Of a stretch of DNA of 64,000 nucleotides, positions 39,110 to 55,217 are shown in pieces. Numbering within the stretch: the first letter of the stretch is position 1; each line of letters starts with the position of its first letter. The notes beneath the pieces were generated by a model. The model made no database searches. It worked only from the letters and a program-made list of their open reading frames with translations, and was not told the DNA's origin. Made by a program: the position numbers and the translations under genes. Source of the DNA: Octopus vulgaris (Eukaryota); assembly GCA_951406725.2 (NCBI GenBank), contig OX597817.1, positions 78,988,001 through 79,052,000 on the forward strand. The letters run 5' to 3'.

Positions 39110-39806
39110 TCTCTTTTTTACTCTTTTACTTGTTTCAGTCATTTGACTGCAGCCATACTGGAGCACCGCCTTTAGTCGAGCAAATTGACCCCAGGACTTA
39201 TTCTTTGGAAGCCTAGTACTTATTCTATCGGTCTCTTTTGCCGAACTGCTAAGTTACGGGGATGTAAACACACCAGCATAGGTTGTCAAGCGATATTGGG
39301 GGACAAACACAGACACACAAATATATACACATATGTATATATATCAAATTAAATACACAACCAAAAGACCTACTAATAATTTCATACTATCGTGATATTT
39401 GAACAGACATATCATATACGAGTGCTTATGAACCACATAGTTCCGGGTTCAGTCCCACTGTGTTGCACCTTGGGCAAGTGTCTTTTACTATAGCCTCGGG
39501 CTGAGCAAAGCCCTTTGAGTGGATTTGGAAGACAGAAACTGAAAGAAGCCTGTCATATGTATGTATATATGTATATGTGTATGTCTGTGTGTATATGTTT
39601 GTGTGTCTGTGTTTGTCCCCCAACATCGCTTGACAACTGATGCTGGTGTGCCTACATCCCCTGTAACTTAGCAGTTCAGCAAAAGAGACCGATAGAATAA
39701 GTACTATGCTTACAAAGAATAAGTCCTGGGGTCGATTTGCTCGACTAAAGTCGGTACTCTAGCATGACCACAGTCAAATGACTGAAACAAGTAAAGGAGT
39801 AAAGAG
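39110..39806. mobile_element. Divergent pair of family A SINEs (39110-39320 -, 39430-39806 +)
   Basis: Family A tail on the minus strand followed by a near full copy on the plus strand. Confidence 0.85.
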
Positions 39807-40334
39807 TATGTATCTATATGTGTGTGTGTATCTTTATATATATTATATATCTGTGTATGTATGTACGCATGCATGTATGTATGTACACAAATAAAGAAAG
39901 AGAGGGAGATGAACAGATAAATGGGTAGACAGATGTGTTTAATAAAATGTAATTAGACTGGCAGTGAAAATCCACCCCATGAATAATCCAGAGAGACTTC
40001 AGTTGCTTTAACAGTAGATTGAACCAATTAGTTTCCTGTTTCATTAAATGATCAACAGGGATTGCTTACTCTGCCTTTAAAGCTGCCAAATTTAAGAAGC
40101 TAATAACTTCTCTAGGAAATGTAAATAATTTTATGACAAGCTTAACAATGTTTATATAACGGTACAAGGATAACAGATATTTATTTATAACTACAGTACC
40201 AATGCAGCGTGGTTATGAATAATTATGCATGCAAGAATCATATGCAAAATAATAGCAGTTACGAAAATTTGGGTGTAGGGAAAGAAAGTGAAGAAAAGAA
40301 AGGCGAGAACATTGGAATGTTATTTAAATATTTA

Positions 40335-41690
40335 TTTCAAATTTTGGCCCAAGACCAGCAATTACAGTAGGTCGAATATATTGACCACAATACTTGGCTG
40401 GAACTTATTTTTACAACCCTGAAAGGAGGAAAAGCCAAGTTGACCTCAGAGAAATTTAAACTTTTCTACTGTAGGAACAAGGCCTGAAATTTTTAGGGAG
40501 GGGGCCAGTCGATTAGATCCCCCCCCCCCCGGTATATATATATATATATATATATATAACTGGTACTTAATTTGTTTACCTTGGTGAAATTTGAACTCAG
40601 AATGTAAAGACAGATGAAATACCCAGAGAAATTTGAATTGAGAACGTAAAGAGGAACAAAATGCTGCTAAGCATTTTGCCTAACATGCTAACGATTCTTT
40701 CATCTTACAGCCTTAAAATAATGCTTGGAATTCTGCCCAATATTCTAATGACAGTTCCAGCTCACCATTTTCTGTTGTTTAAATCTTCATCATCATCATC
40801 ATTTAACGTCCGCTTTCCATGCTAGCATGGGTTGGATGATTTGACTGAGGACTGGCGAACCAGATGGCTGCACCAGCCTCCAATCTTGATCTGGCAGAGT
40901 TTCTACAAGTGCCAGTAAGGCAATGCTGGTAACGATCATACTTGAATGGTGCTTTTTACTTGTGCATTCATATATTTTTAGAATTGACATTGTCTTAGGT
41001 GGGTAAGTCAATTACATCGACCCAGTGCTCTACTGGAACTTATTTTTTCAACCCTGAAAGGGATGAGATGCAAATCCTTCCTTGGTAGAATTTTAATGCA
41101 GAATATCCAGACTGACAAATTACTGCTCAGCACTTTAACCAACATGTTAATGATTCTGCCATCTTGCAGCCTTTAAAATATTGATTTCAAATTTTGGCAC
41201 AAATCCTTTTCAGGTAGCTGAAAAGTCAATTACATTGACCCCAGTGCTCAACTGGTACTTATTTTATCGACCCTGAAAGGAAGAAATGTAAAGTTGACCT
41301 CAGAGAAATTTGAACTTAGAACATAAAGATGAACCAAAATTGACAATTTTACCAGCTCACTGCCTTAAAATACCGCTTGGAATTTTGTCTGATATTCTAA
41401 CAATAGTTCCAGTTCACCATCTCCTGTCTAAATATTGGTTTCAAATTTTGGCACAAGGCCAGCAATTTTTCAGGAGAGGTAAGTCAATTACATCGACCCC
41501 TCATACTCGACCCTGAATGGAATGAAAAGTAAAATTAACCTTGACAGAATTTGAATACACAATATGAAGATGAATGAATTGACTCTAAGCATTTTGTTGG
41601 TGTGCTAACTATTCCTACCAGCTAGCTGCCTTAAAATACCATTTGGAATTTTGTTCAATTCTCTAACAACAGTTCTAGCTCATCAGCTCT
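40335..41690 (-). mobile_element. Cluster of about six family C SINE copies, with an RTE-type tail inserted at ~40788-40960
   Basis: Recurring tttcaaattttggcacaa / gaccccagt / aatttgaac / ctaagcattt blocks. Confidence 0.75.
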
Positions 41691-41804
41691 CTCTCTCTCT
41701 CTCTATATATCTATATATATATATATATATATATACATATATAGTATACGCATAAACTCTGCTGGATAGGTAATGTAAGTGTGCATATACGACAGAGTGT
41801 AATT

Positions 41805-42397
41805 GATTTGAGAGAAAATTTGGGTATACAAAACATCAGATGTAGCATGTAAGAGAGAAGACCATGCTGGTACAGACATGTAATGTGTGTGGATGGAGAG
41901 GGTTGCATCAAGAGGTACCAATTCCTAATTGTAGAGGGAACATGTGGAAAGGGTAGACCCAGGAAGATGTCGGATGAAGTAGTGAGAAAGGATTTACAAT
42001 TGTTGGGACTTGCAGAAGGGATGACAGGGAACTGAGACTCCTGGTGCTTTACTGTGCTTGAGAAGACACATCAGTTTAAGTAAAAGCATGGTTGTCCTTG
42101 CATATAAGCTTACTCCTTGCAACCCTCTTCAGCTGAGCATTACTAATCTTGTGAGGTCATAGGTGCTGGTGCCATGTAAAAAGCACCTGTACTGGTGCCA
42201 TATAAACACATCCATGCTGGTGCTGCATAAAGGCACCCAGTACAGTCTGTAAAGTAGTTGCAGTTAGGAAGGGCATCTGACTGTAGCAAACCATGCTAAA
42301 TCAGACATGAAACCTGGGCAGCTCATCAGCCGGCCACCTCCTTTCAAACCGTCTGACCCATGCTAGCATGGAAAACATATTAAATGATGATGATGAT
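41805..42397 (+). mobile_element. Decayed RTE LINE 3' end (ORF C-terminus, 3' UTR, (GAT)n)
   Basis: LGIQNIRCSM*ERRPCWYRHVM...VEGTCGKGRPRKMSDEVVRKDLQLLGLAEGMT...W..TVLEKT, matching the RTE WYGHV and GRP..W motifs. Confidence 0.85.
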
Positions 42398-42444
42398 AAT
42401 GTATGTGTGTAAATATATATGAATATATATATATATATATATAT

Positions 42445-42835
42445 ATGCAAGCAAAATGCTGCCCCACCGTCCAGTGGACAGTGTTGAGTTGTCAAACATT
42501 TAAACCAAGTTTTCTCAAAACAAATTGTCTGACCGTCCCATAGGCCACCCCTTTGAGAAACACTGATTTAACTTAAATTTGAGACACCAGCAAAAGAAGA
42601 AATAAAGATAGACTTTTTCTATTCCAAGAAAAACGATTTTACAAATGCACGTTCCCACGGCTTTATTGATAGCATTCTCACTTGGAATCGATTTTTGTAA
42701 TTTTTTCAAGACTTATACACGCCCTGATAACGTTGGTATCTACATATCAAATTTGAGTGCAATCAGATGGAGGATGCCCGAGATCCTAGAAGACACACAG
42801 ACAGAACAGATTTTATATAATATATATATATATAT
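42445..42835 (-). mobile_element. Helitron/Helentron-like non-autonomous element
   Basis: Minus strand begins tatatattatataaaatctgttctgtctgtgtgtc...tctcgggcatcctccatctgattgcactcaaatttgat, a typical 5' signature; 3' end unclear. Confidence 0.45.
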
Positions 42836-43313
42836 ATAAATACACACACACACAAGTATGAGCAAAAAAATATCAGTATGGAGACTGTGTGTGCTAATGT
42901 TCACAAGTAATTATCATAACAGTACCAATCATAATAATCCTAATAATAACAATAACAACAAGATCAACAACAAGACTAAGATAATTAAAAAAAGTTCGAT
43001 AAAAATATTAATCAAGAATTTCCATTCTATTTTTTAAAATTTTTATCATGTTTATTTTATGTGTATTTTTAAGATTAACATCCAGCACGTGAGTAAAAGT
43101 CATAAATAAACACAAAGGGATCACATATTTTCTTTCATCTCCTCAAGGAACATTTTAGATAGAGGCTATTTATTTGCTGTTTGTGCTGGAGATGTCAGTG
43201 ATTAATCTGTAATTCCATTGAAGAGATTTTTGTCCGTGTCTTTGGTGAATATAATAATGTATAAAACATTACAAATTTTATTGATACATCTGTGATCTGT
43301 GTGTGCGTTGTGT

Positions 43314-43356
<43 letters not shown>

Positions 43357-43485
43357 CATGTATGTATATACGTGTGTCTGTGTATGTATTTACATATATG
43401 TATGTGTGTGTGTGTATATTTCTAGTTGTTAATGAATGTATACATAGCACATAAATCCATATATTTATATATATATATATATATT

Positions 43486-43519
<34 letters not shown>

Positions 43520-44217
43520 GCAGACAGACAGATAGAAAGATAGATACACAGATATATAGATAAAGATAGAGATCTATACATCTATATATTTACGTATGTA
43601 TATATTAGTGTGTGCATGTGTGCCTATGCATGCATTCACTTACAACAAAAAATATACATTCCTTGGTAGACACATACACATTTGCACTTAGACATGCATG
43701 GTGTATACACTCATGTACACACAGATCCTCTCTCTCTCTCTCAAACACACACACAATGATTAAACAGCTATATATATATATATATATATTTACACATATA
43801 CAGATGGCAGTATTTAATAAACACACTCCTGTATAAATTAAACATTTAGATTAAATATATATATATGCACATGCAAATGTATATATATATATATACATAT
43901 ATATATACATTTGTATGTATGTATGTATGTAAACATGTTTACATACTTAAATGTACCAGATTATCCACATATACACTTATAACACACATGCATTAATATT
44001 CAAGTGAGATTTTTATAAAGCCATATCATTTACTATTTCAATGGATTCTAGACAGTACCAAACTTGTGAAGGTCATAGAAAAGAGTTTCACTACATTGAA
44101 TAAAACAGGAAGAAGATCATTGTTTAGGACATTTGAGACGTGCTTTTTGAGCTCTTTTTTTTTGTTGATTTAGATTTTGCACATCTGTAACAACAGTTTC
44201 AAGGAGAAACTGATAAT

Positions 44218-44598
44218 CTTTTCTACTCTAGGCACAAGATCGAAATTTGGGGAGAGGGGGGCCAGTCGATTAGATCGACCCCAAAATGCAACTGTTATCT
44301 AATTTATCGACCCCGAAAGGAAGAAAGGCAAAATTGCCCTTGGCAGAATTTGAACTCAGAACATAAAGACAAATACCGCTAAGCATTTCACCCTGTGTGC
44401 TAACATTTCTGTCAGCTCACCACCTAAATGTTCATTTCTACTCTAGGCACAAGGCCCGAGGTTTTGGGGTAGGTGGCCAGTTGATTACATTGACTCCAGT
44501 ACACAACTGGTACTTAATTTATTGACCCTGAAAGGATGAAAGACAAAGTCGACCTCAGCGGAATTTGAACTCAGAACGTAAAGACAAACGAAATACTA
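44218..44598 (-). mobile_element. Two tandem family C SINEs
   Basis: ttctactctaggcacaag at ~44221 and ~44437; flanked by a direct repeat aaggagaaactgataa (44201, 44598). Confidence 0.8.
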
Positions 44599-44902
44599 AG
44601 GAGAAACTGATAACAATGCAAGAACTGTACTGGATTTTAGATGACTATGTGCTGGGATTGATTCTTTAGGAGTATATATGATGCTCTACATAAATTCTAT
44701 AACAATATGGTCTGGCCTGAAAATAACTTTTTTGTACCAAATTCTTGCTAGTTTCATTGCATATACGTGTGGGTGTATCTGAAGATTTTGATTACGATGG
44801 AGCTGGTCGTTTATAAAATGTATCACACATAAAGATATGGTATTAGTTATCACTTTGTACTAAAGGAATACAGATTTAAAGAATCCTCCTCCTCATCATC
44901 AG

Positions 44903-45278
44903 GTGTGGTAAGTAGATTGCTTACCAACCACATGGTACCGGGTTCAGTCCCACTGCGTGGCACCTTGGGCAAGTGTCTTCTACTATAGCCTCAGGCCAAC
45001 CAAAGCCTTGTGAGTGGATTCAGTAGACGGAAACTGAAGGAAGCCCGTCGTATATATGTATGTGTGTGTGTATATGTTTGTGTGTCTGTGTTTGTCCCCC
45101 AACATCGCTTGACAACCGATACTGGTGTGTTTACATCCTTGTAACTTAGCGGTTTGGCAAAACAGACTGATAGAATAAGTACTAGGCTTACAAAGAATAA
45201 GTCCTGGGGTCGATTTGCTCGACTAAAGGTAGTGCTCCAGCATGGCCACAGTCAAATGACTGAATGAAGTAAAAGAGT
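44903..45278 (+). mobile_element. Near full-length SINE family A
   Basis: Matches family A; inserted in a (CAT)n tract. Confidence 0.9.
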
Positions 45279-46148
45279 ATCATCACCACCACCACCACCA
45301 CACCCATCATCATCATCACTGCCCACTATCATCGTCACTGTCATCACCACTGCCCTATTATCATCGTTGTTATTGCCACTGTCCCATTATCATCATCATC
45401 ACCACCACTGCCTCATTATCGTCGTCATCGCCGTCGTTATCATCATCATTGTATAATCCATTTTTCCATGGTTGCAAGTGTCAGATGGAATTTTGTTGCA
45501 GCAAAATTTTCTATGGTTGGATGCCTTTCCTGTTACCTACTCTTACTTGTTTCCAAATAGGACAACATATTTCCCCATTGGTTGGACTGTATTTTTCACA
45601 GAAGATTAGATACAATGGATAACAGTGACACCCATTTATAACTATCCTGTGATGACATGACACAAACACATCATATACATGCTCACACACACATACATAC
45701 ACACACAAACACACACTTGCACGCACATATGCACTCCCACACACATGTACACACATGCATACACATGCACATGCATGCAAATATCTAGGTTTCTTTCAGT
45801 TTCTTTCTACCAAATTCACTCACAAAGCTTTGATCAGCCTGGGGCTACAGCACTTGTTCCAGATACAATGCAGTGGGATTGAACCCAAAACCAAGTAGTT
45901 GGATTGCAAGCTTCTAAACTGCACAGCCATGCCTGCACTTTATGATTGGATGTATAAATTAAAAGCCCCAACTGAAGTTGTGACACTTAATTACACTCTT
46001 GTTATGATGGAAGAAAAGTGCTGAGGAGAGAAACCAGTGAAATAACCTCTTCACGGTTGCTTGACTTATAGAAAAACAATTACTAAATAATTTCGTTTTG
46101 GGATTTGGTTTGCAAGATTCTTTATATGAGTTCGTGTGTTGAAGCATA

Positions 46149-46513
46149 TTCTGTTGTGTCTGGGGAGAGTCATTCTCTTTTAGTGCCTTATTATTTAACA
46201 CACTCACCGGTAAAATTTCTTCTTAATTCTTATTTTTATTTTCTAAACTTTTCGCTGCGTGTTGCAACCTTTTCAATAGTCTTGACTCTGTCCGTTATTT
46301 ACACTGCTGCGTTCCCTTCACACACATGCGCACAAACAAACAAAAGGGAATGCAGCAGTGTAAATAACGGACGGAGTCAAGACTATTGAAAAGGTTGCAA
46401 CACGCAGCGAAAAGTTTAGAAAATAAAAATAAGAATTAAGTAGAAATTTTACCGGTAAGTGTGTTAAATAATAAGGCACTAAAAGAGAATGACTCTCCCC
46501 AGACACAACAGAA
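46149..46513. repeat. 170-bp near-perfect inverted repeat with a 25-bp spacer
   Basis: 46149-46318 versus 46344-46513, about four mismatches by eye. Confidence 0.95.
46383..46419 (+). ncRNA. Minimal hammerhead-like motif, U3-A8 core variant (mirror copy at 46243-46279, minus strand)
   Basis: CTA-TTGAAAA-g-GTTGC aacac GCAGC-GAAA-ag-TT-TAG; stem I only 3 bp, stem III vestigial. Confidence 0.5.
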
Positions 46514-47614
46514 TTACTAATTAAATTTCACATGATATAAGCCAACAAGTTAACAATGAAAGGTCACATTGAGAAATGTAAACCTTAACACACTGTGCCA
46601 GAAAAAAAAATTAATAAAATATCTTTTAGAAGATGGCTGGATGTTCTTTGATCATAGATCTGATTTGTGGCTTCATCAGGACTGATCTGAGATTAATCAA
46701 TAACAACTATGAAATCAATAACTGCAATGGATTTTTCCATCAAACTATGTTGAGTTGGTTTTTATGGATATTGTAGCAGTCATTCTAATGAATTAAGCTG
46801 GCAACACAGAAACTGTACTCCAATCTCATATCTGGCCAAGATCAAATTTTGCCTTCATCCTTTCATTGTCATTAAAGAAAAAAAAACTACTAAACAAAGA
46901 TAATGGATGATTAGAAATTGTAAAAATGTTAGATCAGATGCCTTGCAATATTAGTTCTGGCCGTTTGCATCCTGGGTTCAAATCCCATTATGTCTCATTT
47001 GGGTAGCAGACTTACATTGTTACCCAGTTTAGCACCATCATCTAACATTTTTGGGTGCTTTAGGAGGTATGTTCTCTTACAAGGATTGGGCCCATTTTTC
47101 AGTTTGAAAATACATTCCTCCTTCCCATCAGTTTTCAAGGCCTCTTTGACAGGTCATAGACACTGCCTTCTCTTCTCATTAAAAGAAACATGAAACAAAT
47201 AGGTACAGGTGTGGCTGTGTGATATGATGCTTGCTTCTCAACCACGTGATTCCAGGTTCAGTCCCATTGTGTGGCACCTTGAGCAAGTGTCTTCTATGGT
47301 TTCAGACTGACCAAAGTCTTGTGAGTAGAATTGGCAGTTGGAATATATATACGATGAGCTTCTTTCAGTTTCTGTCTACTAAATCTACTCAAAAGTCTTT
47401 GACCAGCTCAAAGGTATAGTTGAAGACACTTGCCCAAGGTGCCACACAGTGGGACTGAACCAGAAACCATGTGGTTGGAAAGAAAGCTTCTTGCCACACA
47501 GCCACTCCTGCACCTATTTTCTATTTACATTAAAGATGGTCAACTCCCTGAACTTTGACCCAGCATCTTAATTAATATGAAACAACATATCTTTATTTTT
47601 ACTGATCATACCAA

Positions 47615-47652
<38 letters not shown>

Positions 47653-49285
47653 CATAAAATGAGAGGTGGTATGAGAAATGAATATAGTTATTTAACCGCA
47701 TGTCATCTTTAGGATTACGGCTGTTTCAAAGCCTTCGTCATGTAATAATAATTTTAGTATAAATAAATTATGCTTAGATGTTTGCACTAATGTGCATGCT
47801 ATGAATTATACAATACAATTGTATATTCACAAATCAGTGCAAAGAAAGCTAGCTAGCTCATCAGATTACAACAACCTCATGGTTACATTGTTGATTCACA
47901 TATAAACAACAATGGAGAGTATATTATTGATTAATTTGTTGTAGTGTTTTGTTTAAAATAAATTTGAAAAAGAAAAAACGCTCATGAATTATTCCTCAGC
48001 CAAAAAATATATAAATATATATTTTACTTGTTTCAGTCATTTGAATGTGGCCATGCTGAAGCATTACTTTGAAGGGTTTTAGTCAAACAAATCGACCCCA
48101 GGACTTATTGCCTTTTAAAGCCTAGTACTTATTCTATCAATCTCTTTTGCCGAACTGTTAAGTTATTGGAACATAAACACACCAATACTGGTGTATGCAC
48201 ACAAACACACACACACACACACGCACATACACACACACACACAAACACACTTACAGAAGCTCTACAAGTAGATAGGATAATGGTGCAACGTTATATGACA
48301 CAACCACATATTTCTTGCATTATAATGCTCAGACATGCATGTTTACTAAGAACACACTACTTTGATGATGATAATGATAATGATAAGAATAATGATAATG
48401 ATGACAATGATGACGACGATGAGGAAGATGATGACGACGATGATGAGGATGAAGAGAAGATTTGTATCAAGGACCATTATATCTAGTGTTGTTGCTTTTA
48501 TGTTTGTCCTGTTTCAGATATTTAGGGTGTGGTTTGTAGGGATAATTTTGCTCTTGCTTCTGTTTGGTTGAGCAACTAGCGAAAAGTTCTGTCATTGACT
48601 TGTTGTAATTAACTCCACAGATGAGCAAATAAAACGAACTTACATACAAAAGAATTAAGTAAAACTGATCAAAATGACTGCAATGGATTTGAACTCAAAG
48701 TGTCACTCATTAAAATTCATCTCACCATTAACGAAAACAAATGAAAAACCACAAGATGGTTCTAGAAAAACTTTGCAAAAATGTATCTATCCATCCAACC
48801 TGTTATATTATCACAAAATGGACATTAAGATTATTGATCACAACAATGATGATGGTAATGACAATATAATGGTAGTGGTGGTGGTGGTGGTGGTGGTTCT
48901 GGTGTTGGTGGTGGTGATGTAGGAAGGAAGAACACAAGGAGTAGGAGGAGGTTGGGAATGCTGCTGATGATGATAGTGATGACAGAATATTAGAAAAATA
49001 TATAGAGAGAAATATGGTACGTAGTTGCAGTGGAAGATGTTAATAAAGATCTTCATTGTGAAGAGGCAACAGAATGTTGATGATGATGATGTATGTGTGT
49101 GTGTATTTATGTATGTATGCATGTATATATATGTGTGTGTGCATGTATACATATGCATGCATCTGTGTATGCGTGTGTGTGTATTTATGTATATATGTAT
49201 GTATTTATATGTGCATGTATATGCATGTATATACATATATATATGTATGTATATATATATATAAATATACATATATACACATATG

Positions 49286-49325
<40 letters not shown>

Positions 49326-49352
49326 CAGGCACATATAGACACATATACACAA

Positions 49353-49398
<46 letters not shown>

Positions 49399-49951
49399 TA
49401 AAGATATATAAAGCAATGAAATGAAATGAAAACATGAATATTATTGTTATATTAAGTGATAATAGTCCGTGTGCATTATGTATAAACTTATAACCTATTG
49501 CTGTAAGTGATTATTTGTTAAGAGAGAGAAATTTGGGTTATTGCAATTAACTAAAAAAAAAGTGTAAAGAACAACAACACCAACAAAAAACAACAGTATA
49601 GTTTCTAACAAAAACAACACCAATAATAATAATAATAATAACAATAATGAAAATACTATATAACAAAAATGAAATGTAAGTATGTAAATATAGTAATTCT
49701 TCATTTGAAGCTAAGGAAAAACAGTTTTTAAACAAAAAAAAACAAACTTATAGTATTTATACACAGACATAGCATGTATTGACCTCAGTTTATAAACCAC
49801 AAATTATATTATCTACTACTGGGTTCTTTTTTTTAGGATTTTTATGGTTTTATTTAATTTACTTTTTTATTTTGGAAACCAATTTTGGTAGGTCTGCATT
49901 AAAAACTAATCTTCCATAAATCTGGCTGTGTACTTAAAATAAATAAGAATA

Positions 49952-49954
<3 letters not shown>

Positions 49955-50029
<75 letters not shown>

Positions 50030-50870
50030 CATGTGTGTGTGTATGTATATATATGTATAAAGTATTAGGAGGCATGATATTATGCAAATATATATATAGA
50101 TAGATCAGTGTACTTATGCATAAACACACACACACACATGCACAAAAACACACATGTGCACAAATATTTTTGCATGTGTAGACATAAGTGAATCTGTCTG
50201 TCCTTCTTTCTATGTAATACATACATACATACATACATACACAAGCATACATATAAACATGTGTGTATATATATGTGTATACATATGTATATATATGTAT
50301 ATATATGTACATATATATATATACGTATATATATAAATATATGTATATATATATACATATATATATATACACACATATATATATATGTATATATATATAA
50401 ATATGTATGTATATAAATATATGTATATATATATATACATATATATATACACACATATATATATATATACATATATATACACACACATATATATATATAT
50501 ACATATATATACACACATGTATATATATATATATATACATATATATACACACATGTATATATATATATATATACATATATATTCACACATGTATATATAT
50601 ATATATACATATATATACACATATGTATATATATATATATATACACATATATATACACACATGTATATATATATATATATACACATATATATACACACAT
50701 GTATATATATATATATATATAATATATATGTATGTATATATATATACGCATATATATATACACACATATATATATGTACATATATATATATGTGTGTGTA
50801 TATATATATGTGTGTATATATATATATGTGTATATATATATGTGTATATATATATATGTGTGTATATATA

Positions 50871-50910
<40 letters not shown>

Positions 50911-51010
50911 TATATATATATACACACATATATATATATACACATATATATATATATACATATATATATATACATACATATATATATACATACATATATA
51001 TATATATACA

Positions 51011-51050
<40 letters not shown>

Positions 51051-51055
51051 CATAC

Positions 51056-51088
<33 letters not shown>

Positions 51089-51250
51089 AAATATTATTAG
51101 AGACAAAACCACTATTTTGCAAAACAAACAAGGAAAGACTTAATCAATACATAAAATTTTAATAAATAGTCAAAAAAACCGCCACTACAATCGTTTCTTG
51201 TCTTGATCGACAATCTTCAGGTGGACTTCAATAAATCAGTTTCAATATAT

Positions 51251-51329
<79 letters not shown>

Positions 51330-51575
51330 CATACATATATATATACATGCATATATATATATACATACATATATATGTACATGCATATATATATACATGC
51401 ATATATATATACATACATATATATATACATACATATATATATACATACATATATATATACATACATATATATATACATACATATATATATACATACATAT
51501 ATATATATATACATACATATATATATATACATACATATATATATACATATATATATATACATATATATATATATA
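49955..51575. repeat. Long (TA)n/(TACA)n/(TG)n field with a unique island at ~51088-51244
   Basis: Direct reading; source of the long YI-rich pseudo-ORFs. Confidence 0.95.
51182..51224 (-). ncRNA. Minimal type I hammerhead ribozyme
   Basis: Reverse complement reads CCAC-CTGAAGA-TTGTC gatcaa GACAA-GAAA-C gatt G-TA-GTGG: complete core, 4-bp stem I, 5-bp stem II, GUA cleavage triplet. Confidence 0.8.
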
Positions 51576-53790
<2,215 letters not shown>

Positions 53791-53934
53791 TATCTATCTA
53801 TCTATCTGTCTATCTATATATATATATCATCATCATCATCATCATCATTTAGCGTCCGTTTTCCATGCTAGCATGGGTTAACCATACATATAAACATGTA
53901 TATATGTTGGACTACTGAGCTCAACAGATTTTTT

Positions 53935-54063
53935 TAATTCTCTTTCTTTTTCCTCTTGTTCCTTTCTGTCGAAGAGCATAGACTCGAAACGTAAAAGACC
54001 TTTCTGTTTTTCCAGTGCATCAAACTAATACACTTGTTTGTTGTTCCTACACCTGTTTTTGTT
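53935..54063 (+). mobile_element. Penelope-type terminal-repeat fragment with a degenerate hammerhead (53962-53997)
   Basis: CTTT-CTGTCGA-a-GAG cataga CTC-GAAA-CG-TA-AAAG; downstream ctaataca..ttgtttg..cacctg is shared with 11470-11572. Confidence 0.5.
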
Positions 54064-54339
54064 TATATATATACACACACAGACACACACAAATGTATAC
54101 AGGTGCAGGCATGAGCATGTACGACTATGTATGTATATATGAGAAATCCCTGTTATATCATTAAATTTTTCATTTACGCCTATGATAATTATTGAGTTCT
54201 AAAATTATTAGATAAATAATAACTGTCTATGAATTTCTGTACATACATAAATACACAGAAACCCATACAAACATACACACACATGTATGTGAATATTTGT
54301 ACATATTTATTTATAAAGCATCATCCAAACGTGGCTCCC

Positions 54340-54521
54340 ATGCTGGTGGCATGTAAAAGCATCCACTACATTCTTGGAGTGGTTGGCATTAGGAAGGGCA
54401 TCCAGCTGTAGAAACATTGCCAGATTGGAGTCTGGTGCAGCTCGTTGGCTTTCCACAACCTCAATCAAACTGTCCAACCCATACCAGCATGGGAAACGAA
54501 CGTTAAACGATAATGATGATA
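54340..54521 (+). mobile_element. RTE-type 3' tail
   Basis: ggagtggttggcattaggaagggcatccagctgtagaaac...ccaacccat.ccagcatgg...(GAT)n; same tail at 645-855 (-), 27620-27808 and 40788-40960 (-). Confidence 0.75.
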
Positions 54522-55217
54522 ATCTATCTATCTATTTATCTTTGTATCTATACATATATCTATGTCTATAAATAAGGGTATATATGCATACGTATAAATA
54601 CATGCACACACATATATGTATGTATATACATACACACACAAACATGCACTTATACATACACACACATCTTAATATATCTGTCTATACATCTATATATTTG
54701 TAACAAGACATAAACATAACACTTATATGTCCATATATTTACTCATGTGTGCAAATTATTATCTATATTCATAAATATATTCATATAGTCGACTAGAAAT
54801 GCATACAAAACAAACGCCATGTGCCCTGTATATATTCATACACATAGATATATACATTAATACATGTTGTGTATAAGTATATATACATAACACACACATA
54901 CATATTCATTAATATTACTTATATATGCTATATATACATATGATCATCATTTAGCGTCTGCTTTCCATGCTGGCATGGGTCAGTCAGTTTGACAGAAGTT
55001 AGCTTGGCGAAGACTGCACCAGTGTCTGTTCTGGTATGGTTTTTATAGCTTCTTTTACCAACAATGTGATTGGTTAGCAAGCTACTTACCACACAGCCAC
55101 TCCTGTGCCTATAATACACATGAAACACTATAATTTCAATGATTTAGTAAACAAATAAACAGTTTATACATTGATTAACATCTTAATTATTTTTCAACAT
55201 GTAAATACTGAACAGTA

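Noticed and set aside
47720-47870. GAAACAGCCGTA and a distant CTGATGA on the minus strand
   Set aside because: No matching stem I; at most a heavily decayed motif.
49899-51575. Long YI/HT-rich ORFs of up to 329 aa, and the N-terminus of the 742-aa ORF
   Set aside because: Translations of (TA)/(CA) microsatellites, open in many frames on both strands.
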